From positions 1 to 41,959 of IMG/VR virus record IMGVR_UViG_3300032300_000481: 41,959 nt of DNA, one strand, 5' to 3'. This stretch comes from a virus. Its lineage: Duplodnaviria; Caudoviricetes. Under the pieces are notes generated by a model that did no database searches, was not told where the DNA came from, and was given only the letters and a program-made list of their open reading frames with translations. This document shows, in pieces, positions 8,943-17,541 of the stretch. Positions within the stretch are counted from its first letter, which is position 1; every line of letters starts with the position of its first letter. The translations under genes and the position numbers were made by a program.

Positions 8943-10141
8943 TTATTCTTAGACCACCAACTGTAGGGATAGTAAATTCCTGGATGCTTTCCAAATTCTA
9001 CATCTTCTAGCTTGCTTTTTTCGATTAATCCTTGTTTAGTATTAATACTCTTTTCTAAATTATTGTAATATTCCCAATATGGTGTATGATTATGTCCAGA
9101 TAGTGTGTAATGGCTTAGAATAAAATTATATAGTTCTAAACTAGTCTTTCTAAACGCCCTATTAAATGTTTCAAAACTTCTTCCTTCTGTTAAACATCTG
9201 TGTAGACCTAATACATTATAGGTTATCATCCATATACTACTAGCTTCGAGAGGTTCTATGAATCCACAACTCATACCGACAGTCGCTACATTTTTGTAAA
9301 ATGGGTCTTTGGCATATTCAGGCTTGAATTTAATTACTCTAAGTTTTTCTTTATTTGATTCTGGAAAATATGTTAAGTATTCTTGTATTGCTTCTTCGTC
9401 TGTACAATGTTTACTACTAAACACATAGCCGGCTCCTCTGCGAGATTTCAAAGCAATCTCCCACATCCATCCGTGATTCATAGTTCGAGTAATTGTATAT
9501 CTATTTTGTATAGGAGCGAGCTCTTGAGGACATGCCACTGCACTGTCATTAATTAAATGATCATACGGCAGATAGTTGATACCTACTTTTTTTGCCAAAA
9601 TTTTTGAAAATCCTGTAGCATCCACATATAAATCATAAGATTTTATTCCAGTGTTTCTTAATACCAAATAGTCGATAGATCCGTCGGGTGCTAGTATAAC
9701 ATCATCGACTGTGTCTATTATGTGTGTAGCATTATTTTTTAAAGCCACAGGTTTCATCACTATATTACCAAATTTTGAAGCATCAACATGATAAGCATAG
9801 TTACCAACTGATGGCATAGTGCCTTCCTCCATATGCCTAATTGCGTCGGCATCTTTAGTTCTATCATATGAAAACCAATGCCACCACGAATCTTTCCTAT
9901 CCTTGTGCCAACCATCGTGTCTGACACCTAGCTTATATTCTGCCTGACATAACGGCATCCACTCTTTTTCATCAAGACCTAAGTCATCACAAAATTTTTT
10001 AATTATAGGAAGTGTGCTTTCTCCAACACCTATAATCGGGATATCAGCGCTTTCAATTATAGTAACATTAAAATTTTGGCTAAGATATGCTGCTGCCATC
10101 CATCCTGCAGTTCCTCCTCCGACTATCAGTATATTTTTCAT
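8894..10141 (-). CDS. Tryptophan halogenase family flavin-dependent enzyme
   Basis: IVGGGTAGWMAA (FAD binding), IGVGESTLP, YKLG (Lys at the catalytic-lysine position), YAYHVDA, DATGF, GWMWEIAL (WxWxI) and GFIEPLEAS. Confidence 0.88.
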   Translation of the reverse strand: MKNILIVGGGTAGWMAAAYLSQNFNVTIIESADIPIIGVGESTLPIIKKFCDDLGLDEKEWMPLCQAEYKLGVRHDGWHKDRKDSWWHWFSYDRTKDADAIRHMEEGTMPSVGNYAYHVDASKFGNIVMKPVALKNNATHIIDTVDDVILAPDGSIDYLVLRNTGIKSYDLYVDATGFSKILAKKVGINYLPYDHLINDSAVACPQELAPIQNRYTITRTMNHGWMWEIALKSRRGAGYVFSSKHCTDEEAIQEYLTYFPESNKEKLRVIKFKPEYAKDPFYKNVATVGMSCGFIEPLEASSIWMITYNVLGLHRCLTEGRSFETFNRAFRKTSLELYNFILSHYTLSGHNHTPYWEYYNNLEKSINTKQGLIEKSKLEDVEFGKHPGIYYPYSWWSKNNYFNKILDSHSSLADM

Positions 10142-11316
10142 AATTTGTACTCCGAACTAATAATTTTATCTACATTACACAATGGTATTTTAAATAATAA
10201 ATGTGTCCTAGTTATCGTACCTTGGTTGTGTGTAGCATGTACACGCTTGGTATTTACTAGATATGCTTTACCTGGTTGTAAATTATATCTTTGATCACCG
10301 AATAAAAAATAAGATTTTTCATCTACTTCTATCGGAAAGTGTATCCTTAAGTGAACATCTTTATCAATATGAGGAGGCAACATCGATCCAGCGGTGTGAG
10401 ATGTGATGCTTAATTCTTCGACATCTTCGAATACATTAAGAATTTTTTCAGCAAATCCGAATACTAGAGGTGTCTTATTTGTAAAGGCAGGCAGTTTTTC
10501 ACTTTCGGGTATGTTCGACTTCTTGCTTGGAGGACTAATTGGTTTGTTTGGATCTTTCAAGTTACTTAATATACCGTATCCGGTTATAGGATTAGGCATG
10601 TCGAGCGTCCATTCAAAATGTTTAAAACTCTGGGTTACCTCTGAGTAATAGGAAATTAATTCATTATAATCAAATTTGACATTGGACAACTCTAATATAT
10701 CAAAGTCAAACTGGCTATCATCTAACAAATGCTCTTTATTGAGGACTATATCAACATCGTCTTTATGTAATTTAAAAATAAAATGTATACGATCTGTGTC
10801 ACCAGTATTTTCTACACCATGAGGTAATGATGTATTGATTAGATACGCATTTCCTTCTTCTAATACAAAATTTTCATCTTCAAAATTAAAATAACTTTTA
10901 TCGTTTGTTTTAATAGGTATATGTATCTTTACAAACTCATCATTATCTATATGTAGATCAATGCGTGTGTTCGGAGGATGTCCTGTGATTACTGTTTGTC
11001 GTACTCTTGGAAATGCTTTAATTATCTTTCGAGCAAATCCAAATATTAACTCGGTAGGAACACTAAAATCGTTATCGGGATGTATTTCATTGCCCTTTTT
11101 AATATGGTAAGGCGGACATGGTTTAGAAGGATCTTTTAAATTACTTTGAATCGCCCAACTATACATCTGCGATACTGAATGAGTTTTTACATCAACATCT
11201 TCAGTTACGGTCCATTTTAAGTGCTGAAAATGTTTGACCACATGCTCGTAATAATCTTCTAACTCCTTCTTAGAAAATTTTATATTGTCTAATTTTATAA
11301 TTTTGTAATCGTTCAT
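10138..11316 (-). CDS. Tandem two-domain 2OG-Fe(II) oxygenase (Asp/Asn beta-hydroxylase-like)
   Basis: Two repeats: LHIDND..HIPI..PHGVENTGDTDRIH and PHIDKD..HFPI..VHATHNQGTITRTH. Start placed at the ATGA overlap at 11316 (alternative 11325). Confidence 0.85.
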   Translation of the reverse strand: MNDYKIIKLDNIKFSKKELEDYYEHVVKHFQHLKWTVTEDVDVKTHSVSQMYSWAIQSNLKDPSKPCPPYHIKKGNEIHPDNDFSVPTELIFGFARKIIKAFPRVRQTVITGHPPNTRIDLHIDNDEFVKIHIPIKTNDKSYFNFEDENFVLEEGNAYLINTSLPHGVENTGDTDRIHFIFKLHKDDVDIVLNKEHLLDDSQFDFDILELSNVKFDYNELISYYSEVTQSFKHFEWTLDMPNPITGYGILSNLKDPNKPISPPSKKSNIPESEKLPAFTNKTPLVFGFAEKILNVFEDVEELSITSHTAGSMLPPHIDKDVHLRIHFPIEVDEKSYFLFGDQRYNLQPGKAYLVNTKRVHATHNQGTITRTHLLFKIPLCNVDKIISSEYKL

Positions 11317-11762
11317 ATATCGCATTCCTTAAGAATTTTATATACGTGATTATTGTAATTTTTAATATCATTTTCTAATTCATTGTTTTTATACTCTCTG
11401 GCAAATTTTTCTATTGCTGGGCTTCGAGATCGACCTTTGGTACAATAGATATGTAAATTTGAATTATCTGGTATTTTTCTTATAAACTCTTTGATTAATC
11501 TTGCCTGTTCATCGGAACATGCTGTGGCATAAATTAAATTTTGTGTGTTATTAAACCACGGCACTAGTTTTAGTCCTGTCTTTTCAATATCATCAAAATA
11601 TAAATTCAAAACATTTGTGTAGAATTTTTTAAAGACAGGATTAGAGTGTATCCATCCTGTAGCATTTATACAGATAAAATAATCATTGAGATAATTAAGA
11701 ATAGTTTCATCATTAAACAATAACGAAAATTCTTTTCTAGAGTAAGATTTTATTTGTAACAT
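11313..11762 (-). CDS. Cys-dependent (CX5R) protein tyrosine/dual-specificity phosphatase-like protein
   Basis: P-loop HIYCTKGRSRS and LNLYFDDI. Start chosen at ATG 11762; the ORF is open to 11822. Confidence 0.7.
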   Translation of the reverse strand: MLQIKSYSRKEFSLLFNDETILNYLNDYFICINATGWIHSNPVFKKFYTNVLNLYFDDIEKTGLKLVPWFNNTQNLIYATACSDEQARLIKEFIRKIPDNSNLHIYCTKGRSRSPAIEKFAREYKNNELENDIKNYNNHVYKILKECDI

Positions 11763-12387
11763 CTGCTGTCCATACTTTTCCATATAAATGTATCCTATCC
11801 GTAGTTCCTTTATTTTCAACACTATGCGGTAATGTTGTATTAACTAGGTAGGCCCAACCAGGCTCCATGTGATATTCTCGATTATTAATAATCCAATTGC
11901 TTTCGAGATTTGTAAAAATAGGAATGTGTATTCTTAACTTGTCCGGAGAATCTTGATGTGTAATAAGCTTAGTTCCCGGAACGTGTACAGTAACTAACCA
12001 TTTTTTACTTTTAAATGGTATTTTTTTCACAAGTTCTAGACCATACCCTTTAAAACATTCTCTAGGATTTAGTTCGTCGTTGTCGTCGTCTCTATATTCT
12101 GGTTTAGCACATCCTTGTTCAAATGGTTTAGGGCCAGGCTCATTACCGTTCCAGCATAATGTATAATATCCAGTTCTATCTGGTAATATATGTCCAGTCT
12201 TTCCAGATAGGTCGCTTATAGGAATCTGCCATACATGATGATTGTCGCCTATTATAAATTTCCAATCTTTATAATTATTTTCTAGGTCTATAAACCATTT
12301 CTGAATCTTATCGATGTCTACAGGAAATAATTTAGCAATATCAAACCCTAAATCTAAAGGTTCGTGCCTTTCTATATAACGTTTCAT
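11737..12387 (-). CDS. 2OG-Fe(II) oxygenase, Asp/Asn beta-hydroxylase-like
   Basis: THQDSPDKLRIHIPI..PHSVENKGTTDRIH. Confidence 0.85.
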   Translation of the reverse strand: MKRYIERHEPLDLGFDIAKLFPVDIDKIQKWFIDLENNYKDWKFIIGDNHHVWQIPISDLSGKTGHILPDRTGYYTLCWNGNEPGPKPFEQGCAKPEYRDDDNDELNPRECFKGYGLELVKKIPFKSKKWLVTVHVPGTKLITHQDSPDKLRIHIPIFTNLESNWIINNREYHMEPGWAYLVNTTLPHSVENKGTTDRIHLYGKVWTADVTNKILL

Positions 12388-12388
12388 T

Positions 12389-13132
12389 TTATAAATCGAT
12401 TAATCCCATTATTTTATCTACATGAAGATCGGCAATTATGTTGGCTCTTTTAGTTGGGCCGAGATTTGATGTACCATGTGGAATCCTAGAATTAATTATG
12501 TAAATATTACCGGGTTCTAGTTTATATTCACGGTCCCAAGCGTCTCCATAATAAAATTTACTGTTATCTTTCGTCATAGGAATGTGAAGTCTTCCTATAT
12601 ATCCGTCAGTATGTATATCTAAAATATGTCCTGGCATGTGTTCTGTGATCCTAGGATTAAAAATATAGTAATTTAATAATTCTGCTATATCTTTCCAGGC
12701 ACCATAAAGAAATTGCGGCAGAAGTTTGTATGTTGTATAATCAAAATCTTTTATAAAGTTTCCTTGAGAATCAAAATATTCTTCTAATTCTGTAAAATAA
12801 TCTAAATTTGCTGCCCATGGAGGCGGTAACGGGACATCTCTAAAAGTTGGCCACGATAGTGTCCAAGAATTTTGTAATAACTCGTAATGTTTTTTACGTT
12901 GTAATTGATAATCATTTGTATTCGTAATAAACATATCGTTAATAGATTGTTTTATATATTGGGGTGATTCTTGAAAATTAAATTTTAGATAGGATAGTCT
13001 AGAAGACACGTCGTCGTACCAGCTATTTAACTCTTTAATATTGATTTTTTGATCAAGAGTAATTAAATCCCAATCGAGGCTAATTAATAGTTCTTCGCTG
13101 ACTTGTTTAGAATTTAAATGTCTGCTATTCAT
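12389..13132 (-). CDS. 2OG-Fe(II) oxygenase, Asp/Asn beta-hydroxylase-like
   Basis: IHTDGYIGRLHIP..PHGTSNLGPTKR. Confidence 0.82.
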   Translation of the reverse strand: MNSRHLNSKQVSEELLISLDWDLITLDQKINIKELNSWYDDVSSRLSYLKFNFQESPQYIKQSINDMFITNTNDYQLQRKKHYELLQNSWTLSWPTFRDVPLPPPWAANLDYFTELEEYFDSQGNFIKDFDYTTYKLLPQFLYGAWKDIAELLNYYIFNPRITEHMPGHILDIHTDGYIGRLHIPMTKDNSKFYYGDAWDREYKLEPGNIYIINSRIPHGTSNLGPTKRANIIADLHVDKIMGLIDL

Positions 13133-13847
13133 TAGACATCTCTATTAACTTTAAAATATGAAAATCAGCTACTCGAGATATAAGGTGAGATCTTGTATTT
13201 TTAGATTCATTGGTAGTTCCGTGCCAATCTCCAGTATTCAATATATACATCTTTCCCGGAACTAATTGATACTCTCCGTGTTCTTTATCTTTACCAAATA
13301 CAAATTTTGAGTTGTCGCCCTCTATGGGTATATGTAATTTTAAGACCTTACTGTCGATGTGTTGTCTTATAAACATACCCGGATAGTGCCTAGTTACTAT
13401 TGCCTGTCTAAAAGTATCTGCTCCTAAAAGATCTACTAAATCTTTAAAATATCCAAATAAAAATTTAGGCATTATCTTGGCGTCGTAAAAGAACGTGTTT
13501 CTGTTAACTTCGGGAAACATTTCTAAGTTTGCTTGAACAGGGGGAGGTAGCGGCTCGTCTCTCTCAGTCGGCCATGCAAGTGTTATGCCATCGATCGGAC
13601 CGCAATAATATCCGCAGTAACCTTCCTCTACCATCTGTTTGCTTTTTTCTAATTCTAATCTTTTAGACTCTTTATTAAAATCAAATATCATATGTGGAAA
13701 TTTTTCTAATACAGCTTCCCACCATTGTTTCAATTTTGCTGAATTGATATTATAATTAAGTTCTATAAGATCCCAGTTGTTGGTATTATACAAGAAGTCT
13801 TTGGTTATTAGCTTTGAGTCATAATTCTTTATGATTCTATCATTCAT
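13125..13847 (-). CDS. 2OG-Fe(II) oxygenase, Asp/Asn beta-hydroxylase-like
   Basis: QHIDSKVLKLHIPI..WHGTTNESKNTRSH, with an AGGAG RBS. Confidence 0.85.
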   Translation of the reverse strand: MNDRIIKNYDSKLITKDFLYNTNNWDLIELNYNINSAKLKQWWEAVLEKFPHMIFDFNKESKRLELEKSKQMVEEGYCGYYCGPIDGITLAWPTERDEPLPPPVQANLEMFPEVNRNTFFYDAKIMPKFLFGYFKDLVDLLGADTFRQAIVTRHYPGMFIRQHIDSKVLKLHIPIEGDNSKFVFGKDKEHGEYQLVPGKMYILNTGDWHGTTNESKNTRSHLISRVADFHILKLIEMSNE

Positions 13848-13848
13848 A

Positions 13849-15333
13849 TCAGGACTCCTTTAACACATATTTATTGGTAGATTTGTACCTAGGATGTGTC
13901 TCTACATATCCGTGCCTAATTCTTTTTTCTAAATCGTTTGCCAAATAATCGTGACCATAAAGAACCAGATCCGGCGGAATCATTCTTTCAAACTTTAGAT
14001 ACTTTTGTTCTATAGTGTCTATGTCTATATTCCAGTGTAGCATCATAGTAGGCCAAATGTTAGTAGTCCATAAAACTCGTATGCCTGGTTGCTTTTCAAT
14101 CTCAGCAAACAGTTTTTCGGGTTCATTGACTATGTCGATTACATAGAAGTTGTGTTTTAATTTACGATATCTATCCCACAACTCTTTAAAGGCATCGGCA
14201 CCTCCGAATTCTTTATCAAGTTCTCTGTGCCAAAACTCTTTATAATTGCCCCTATATGTACTAGAGAAATTATATTCTAAATCGTGTTTCATTAACCACT
14301 TATCAAAATCTACACCATCCCAGGTTTCTAATAGGTGCTTTTTAAAATTAATGCTAGCACTACACCAATCAAAGTAATTTACTACTGTATCTTTATGGAA
14401 TCTATTATTACGCAATAGAGCAATAGTTTTGAATCCTGCTGCCGCACTAAAAATGCTATCGACCGGATTCGATGCTCGTATACCTTCGCCGCTCAATCGT
14501 TCTGTGTTATAAGCATATACGCGATTCTTTTCAATAAACTCTTGATAGGCTAATTTTCTAACCCAAGCTCGTTGTGTATAATTGTTAATTCCATCAATTA
14601 GGGCTTCGTCATATAAGTTGGTCCAGGCTTTTTCTAATGTATCTGGATCGTCATATGGATATAAGAAACATTTACATTCTCGTGTTTCAAAATCAAAGTT
14701 ATCTATGCGTATACCGTTTTCAAAGGAAAGTGCTAGCCAATTGGACCCGTCCTCAACAATATCAAATACGCTGTGCCCTTCTGTTCCCTCAATCCACGCA
14801 GGTGTGTAATCGGCACTCATCGTTTTTTCACTAACTATGAAGTTAGGATATGTTTGTTTACGGTCCCAGAAGATACCCTTTTCTAAAAATTCTGGTTTAC
14901 CTAACTTGTCCCAAGTTTCTAGGTTGACTATTAACATCTGTCTATGTAGTCCGGGATAGCGCCCTTTGTGTGCCATAATATGTCCCGACACAAAGAACTC
15001 GGGATATTGTTCAAAGTAATTTACAGCGTTACGAATAATTTTATAAAGACGAGGAGCCATTAATCCTTGTGCTAGAATGATACATATCTTATCGCCAGCT
15101 GCTAGACTAGTTTCTAGTAAGTTAGCTACCGAATGATTGAAACCCCTGTAGTTGCCAAGACCTAACTTAATACTTTGATTAATCATCCAATAGGTTAAAT
15201 CAAAGCATCGACGCCTAACAAAGTGGTTAGGTATATCTCTGCTGATATCTAGCATCGCTAGGCCAACAGGCACAGTTATTGCTGACGACTCAAAATATCT
15301 TTCACCGGATGATATGCTGTTATGATCTCGCAT
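13849..15333 (-). CDS. Unknown two-domain enzyme, paralog of 2543..3898
   Basis: 494-aa ORF whose motifs LHRQMLIVNLETWDKLGKPEF, DYTPAWI, AAAGFK and YFDW match 2543..3898. Confidence 0.6.
   Translation of the reverse strand: MRDHNSISSGERYFESSAITVPVGLAMLDISRDIPNHFVRRRCFDLTYWMINQSIKLGLGNYRGFNHSVANLLETSLAAGDKICIILAQGLMAPRLYKIIRNAVNYFEQYPEFFVSGHIMAHKGRYPGLHRQMLIVNLETWDKLGKPEFLEKGIFWDRKQTYPNFIVSEKTMSADYTPAWIEGTEGHSVFDIVEDGSNWLALSFENGIRIDNFDFETRECKCFLYPYDDPDTLEKAWTNLYDEALIDGINNYTQRAWVRKLAYQEFIEKNRVYAYNTERLSGEGIRASNPVDSIFSAAAGFKTIALLRNNRFHKDTVVNYFDWCSASINFKKHLLETWDGVDFDKWLMKHDLEYNFSSTYRGNYKEFWHRELDKEFGGADAFKELWDRYRKLKHNFYVIDIVNEPEKLFAEIEKQPGIRVLWTTNIWPTMMLHWNIDIDTIEQKYLKFERMIPPDLVLYGHDYLANDLEKRIRHGYVETHPRYKSTNKYVLKES
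13864..13878 (-). promoter_or_regulatory. Internal promoter-like element ACCAATAAATATGTG
   Basis: Contains TAAATA 20 nt before ATG 13847 with an intervening AGGAG. An identical 15-mer lies at 16052-16066. Confidence 0.5.
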
Positions 15334-16048
15334 CGTTGTCCCTGTTTGTGTAATAACTAGATCTTAGTTCATAAAAGAAGTCTCTAAGTCTGCGACCAAT
15401 CTCGTAATGAATAATCATGTGTATTCTAGGCTTGTCGCTGCGATTCCACACAGAATGAAAGTTTGAGATATCCATCAAGAACGCACTACCATTATTATCG
15501 AATGGCACTTTTCCAAAACCGTCCATAACAAACTCGCAACCTTCTGGATTATTTAAACTAATGTTACATACGCTTAACCTTTTCTGGTCTTCTGGTCTAT
15601 CACGATGCGGCAGTATGTAGCCACCTGGTTCAACTAGCATAAAGCGAACTCGATTTAAAAATTCAGCTGGCCAAACTTCCTCGAGGAACTGTTTCGTCAC
15701 TGGACACTTATCAGCTACCCATGTCCAGTCTAATTGTGATAACACTTCATTACGATCTTCACCATATTGATTCAAACTTTGCGTATCGTCATTTAATCCG
15801 TGTAGAGTTAAACTTCGCCACCCTTGTCCATAATCTTCTCTATGTAGTTTAAAATCATCAATTAGTGATTCTGCTTCTGCTAGCATGTCCTTAAAAGGTT
15901 GGTTATCTAAGGAGCTCATTCTAAACCAAGGCCACTGTGATTCCATAATTGTCCATTTTGGATCAAACATATCCGGATACTGATGTTGGTATGAGTGGTT
16001 ATTCTTTTTCCAGAGATTTTCTAAAATTTCTTTATGCTTATTATTCAT
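15320..16048 (-). CDS. 2OG-Fe(II) oxygenase, Asp/Asn beta-hydroxylase-like, close paralog of 3891..4571
   Basis: RVRFMLVEPGGYILPHRD..HSVWNRSDKPRIH. Start at ATG 16048 (alternative GTG 16054). Confidence 0.85.
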   Translation of the reverse strand: MNNKHKEILENLWKKNNHSYQHQYPDMFDPKWTIMESQWPWFRMSSLDNQPFKDMLAEAESLIDDFKLHREDYGQGWRSLTLHGLNDDTQSLNQYGEDRNEVLSQLDWTWVADKCPVTKQFLEEVWPAEFLNRVRFMLVEPGGYILPHRDRPEDQKRLSVCNISLNNPEGCEFVMDGFGKVPFDNNGSAFLMDISNFHSVWNRSDKPRIHMIIHYEIGRRLRDFFYELRSSYYTNRDNDARS

Positions 16049-16055
16049 GGCCACA

Positions 16056-16087
16056 TATTTATTGGTGCTAACTGTACCCTATAAATA
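16056..16087. promoter_or_regulatory. Divergent pair of TAAATA motifs (plus side is a full TATAAATA)
   Basis: TATTTA at 16056-16061 (7 nt from ATG 16048) and TATAAATA at 16080-16087 (7 nt from ATG 16095). Confidence 0.65.
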
Positions 16088-16094
16088 TTAGGAA

Positions 16095-17093
16095 ATGAAA
16101 TGTAAACGCCTAGAAAATCAATTATGTATTAGGACTACGGGTCAGTATCGATTATGTTGTGTAAGTTGTGAACCCGATAATATCGAAAATGTTAAAACAC
16201 ATACAATAGATGATTGGATCAATAGTAAAATTAAAAAAGATACCACCGAGGCACTTGACAAAAATAAATGGCCAGATGCTTGTATTAGATGTAAAACAGA
16301 TGAAGAAAACGGAGTAATTAGTACCAGACAAAAGAGCGAACATTATGGTCCAGGTATAACACATTTAGATTTAAGATTTGGTAATTCCTGTAATCTAAGT
16401 TGTAGAATGTGTTGGCCGGAATCATCCTCGTCGTTAGTAAAAGAACAAAAGGAGCTCGTAGCGAACAACCAGGAATCTCCTTGGGGTACACTGTCCTTTG
16501 TTGTACATAATTGGTATGACACCGATATAGCTATTAAATTAGCTAGCATTCCTACTCTAAAAGAAGTTTACCTAACAGGCGGAGAGCCCATGATGGTCAA
16601 CGGACTTCTTAAGTTTATACAGTTGTTAGATAAAAAAGTTACCTTAAGATTTAATACAAACGGTACATTATTAAATTTTACATTACTAGAAGAAATTAAA
16701 AAGTTTGAAAAAGTTAATATGTGTTTTTCTATAGATGGTGTAGGCAAAATTAATGATTATATCCGTTGGGGTAGCAGGTGGGAAGATGTTTATCGCAATT
16801 TTAAAAGTTGTAAAGATGCTGGATTTGATGTAAGCATTGGTCCAACTATTCAAGTGTTAAATGAATTTTATATGCCCGAATTGCGACAATGGGCTAGCAA
16901 TGAAGGTGTTGATTTATTTGAAAATATATTGGCAAATCCGTATTATTACAGTATCGAAACTGCGCCGTGGCGTAGTGAAAATAATAAAGCACACATAGAC
17001 TTTATAAAATATACTAAGATACTAGATAGTAAACGTGGATGTTCTATCGTTGATTACTTGCCGGAGGTTGCTCAAGCATATGGAATTAATTAA
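16095..17093 (+). CDS. Radical SAM protein with N-terminal twitch/SPASM-like domain (type B)
   Basis: CKRL-..-YRLCC..CIRC, then CNLSCRMC, LTGGEP, FNTNG, SIDG and YIRWGS. Confidence 0.9.
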   Translation: MKCKRLENQLCIRTTGQYRLCCVSCEPDNIENVKTHTIDDWINSKIKKDTTEALDKNKWPDACIRCKTDEENGVISTRQKSEHYGPGITHLDLRFGNSCNLSCRMCWPESSSSLVKEQKELVANNQESPWGTLSFVVHNWYDTDIAIKLASIPTLKEVYLTGGEPMMVNGLLKFIQLLDKKVTLRFNTNGTLLNFTLLEEIKKFEKVNMCFSIDGVGKINDYIRWGSRWEDVYRNFKSCKDAGFDVSIGPTIQVLNEFYMPELRQWASNEGVDLFENILANPYYYSIETAPWRSENNKAHIDFIKYTKILDSKRGCSIVDYLPEVAQAYGIN

Positions 17094-17541
17094 AGAGAAT
17101 ATAGAGAAGAACCGCAGAGTTTATTTCTGCGGAGATAGATATCGCAAAGTTTGGAAAGACAAAACAGAATGGATTTACACACACGTAAAAATATTAGAAC
17201 ATCTATTTCCTGGATATGTATTATCTCATGGTAATGACTACATTGAGTACGCTATTATTGAAGGAACCCTTGCTAGTGATATAAAACACACGGATCAATT
17301 TATTAGACAGGTGTACATATTTTGTTTAGAAAATATTAAGGCAACCAAACCTTGGATACACGGCGATTGGGTGTTAAGTAACATTATTATTCAACCCAAT
17401 GGTCAAATGGTGATGATAGACTGGGACAATTTAAACATATCTCATGAAACTGATTACACAAAAAAATTACACAATGATTTAATTAGTGCGTTTGGCGAAG
17501 AGAAATTTAAAAGGGCAATACATGACACCGCAAGCATTTAG
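17080..17541 (+). CDS. APH/choline-kinase-like phosphotransferase (small)
   Basis: Catalytic and metal-binding motifs IHGDWVLSNIII..MIDWD. GGAGG lies upstream of ATG 17080. Confidence 0.72.
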   Translation: MELIKENIEKNRRVYFCGDRYRKVWKDKTEWIYTHVKILEHLFPGYVLSHGNDYIEYAIIEGTLASDIKHTDQFIRQVYIFCLENIKATKPWIHGDWVLSNIIIQPNGQMVMIDWDNLNISHETDYTKKLHNDLISAFGEEKFKRAIHDTASI

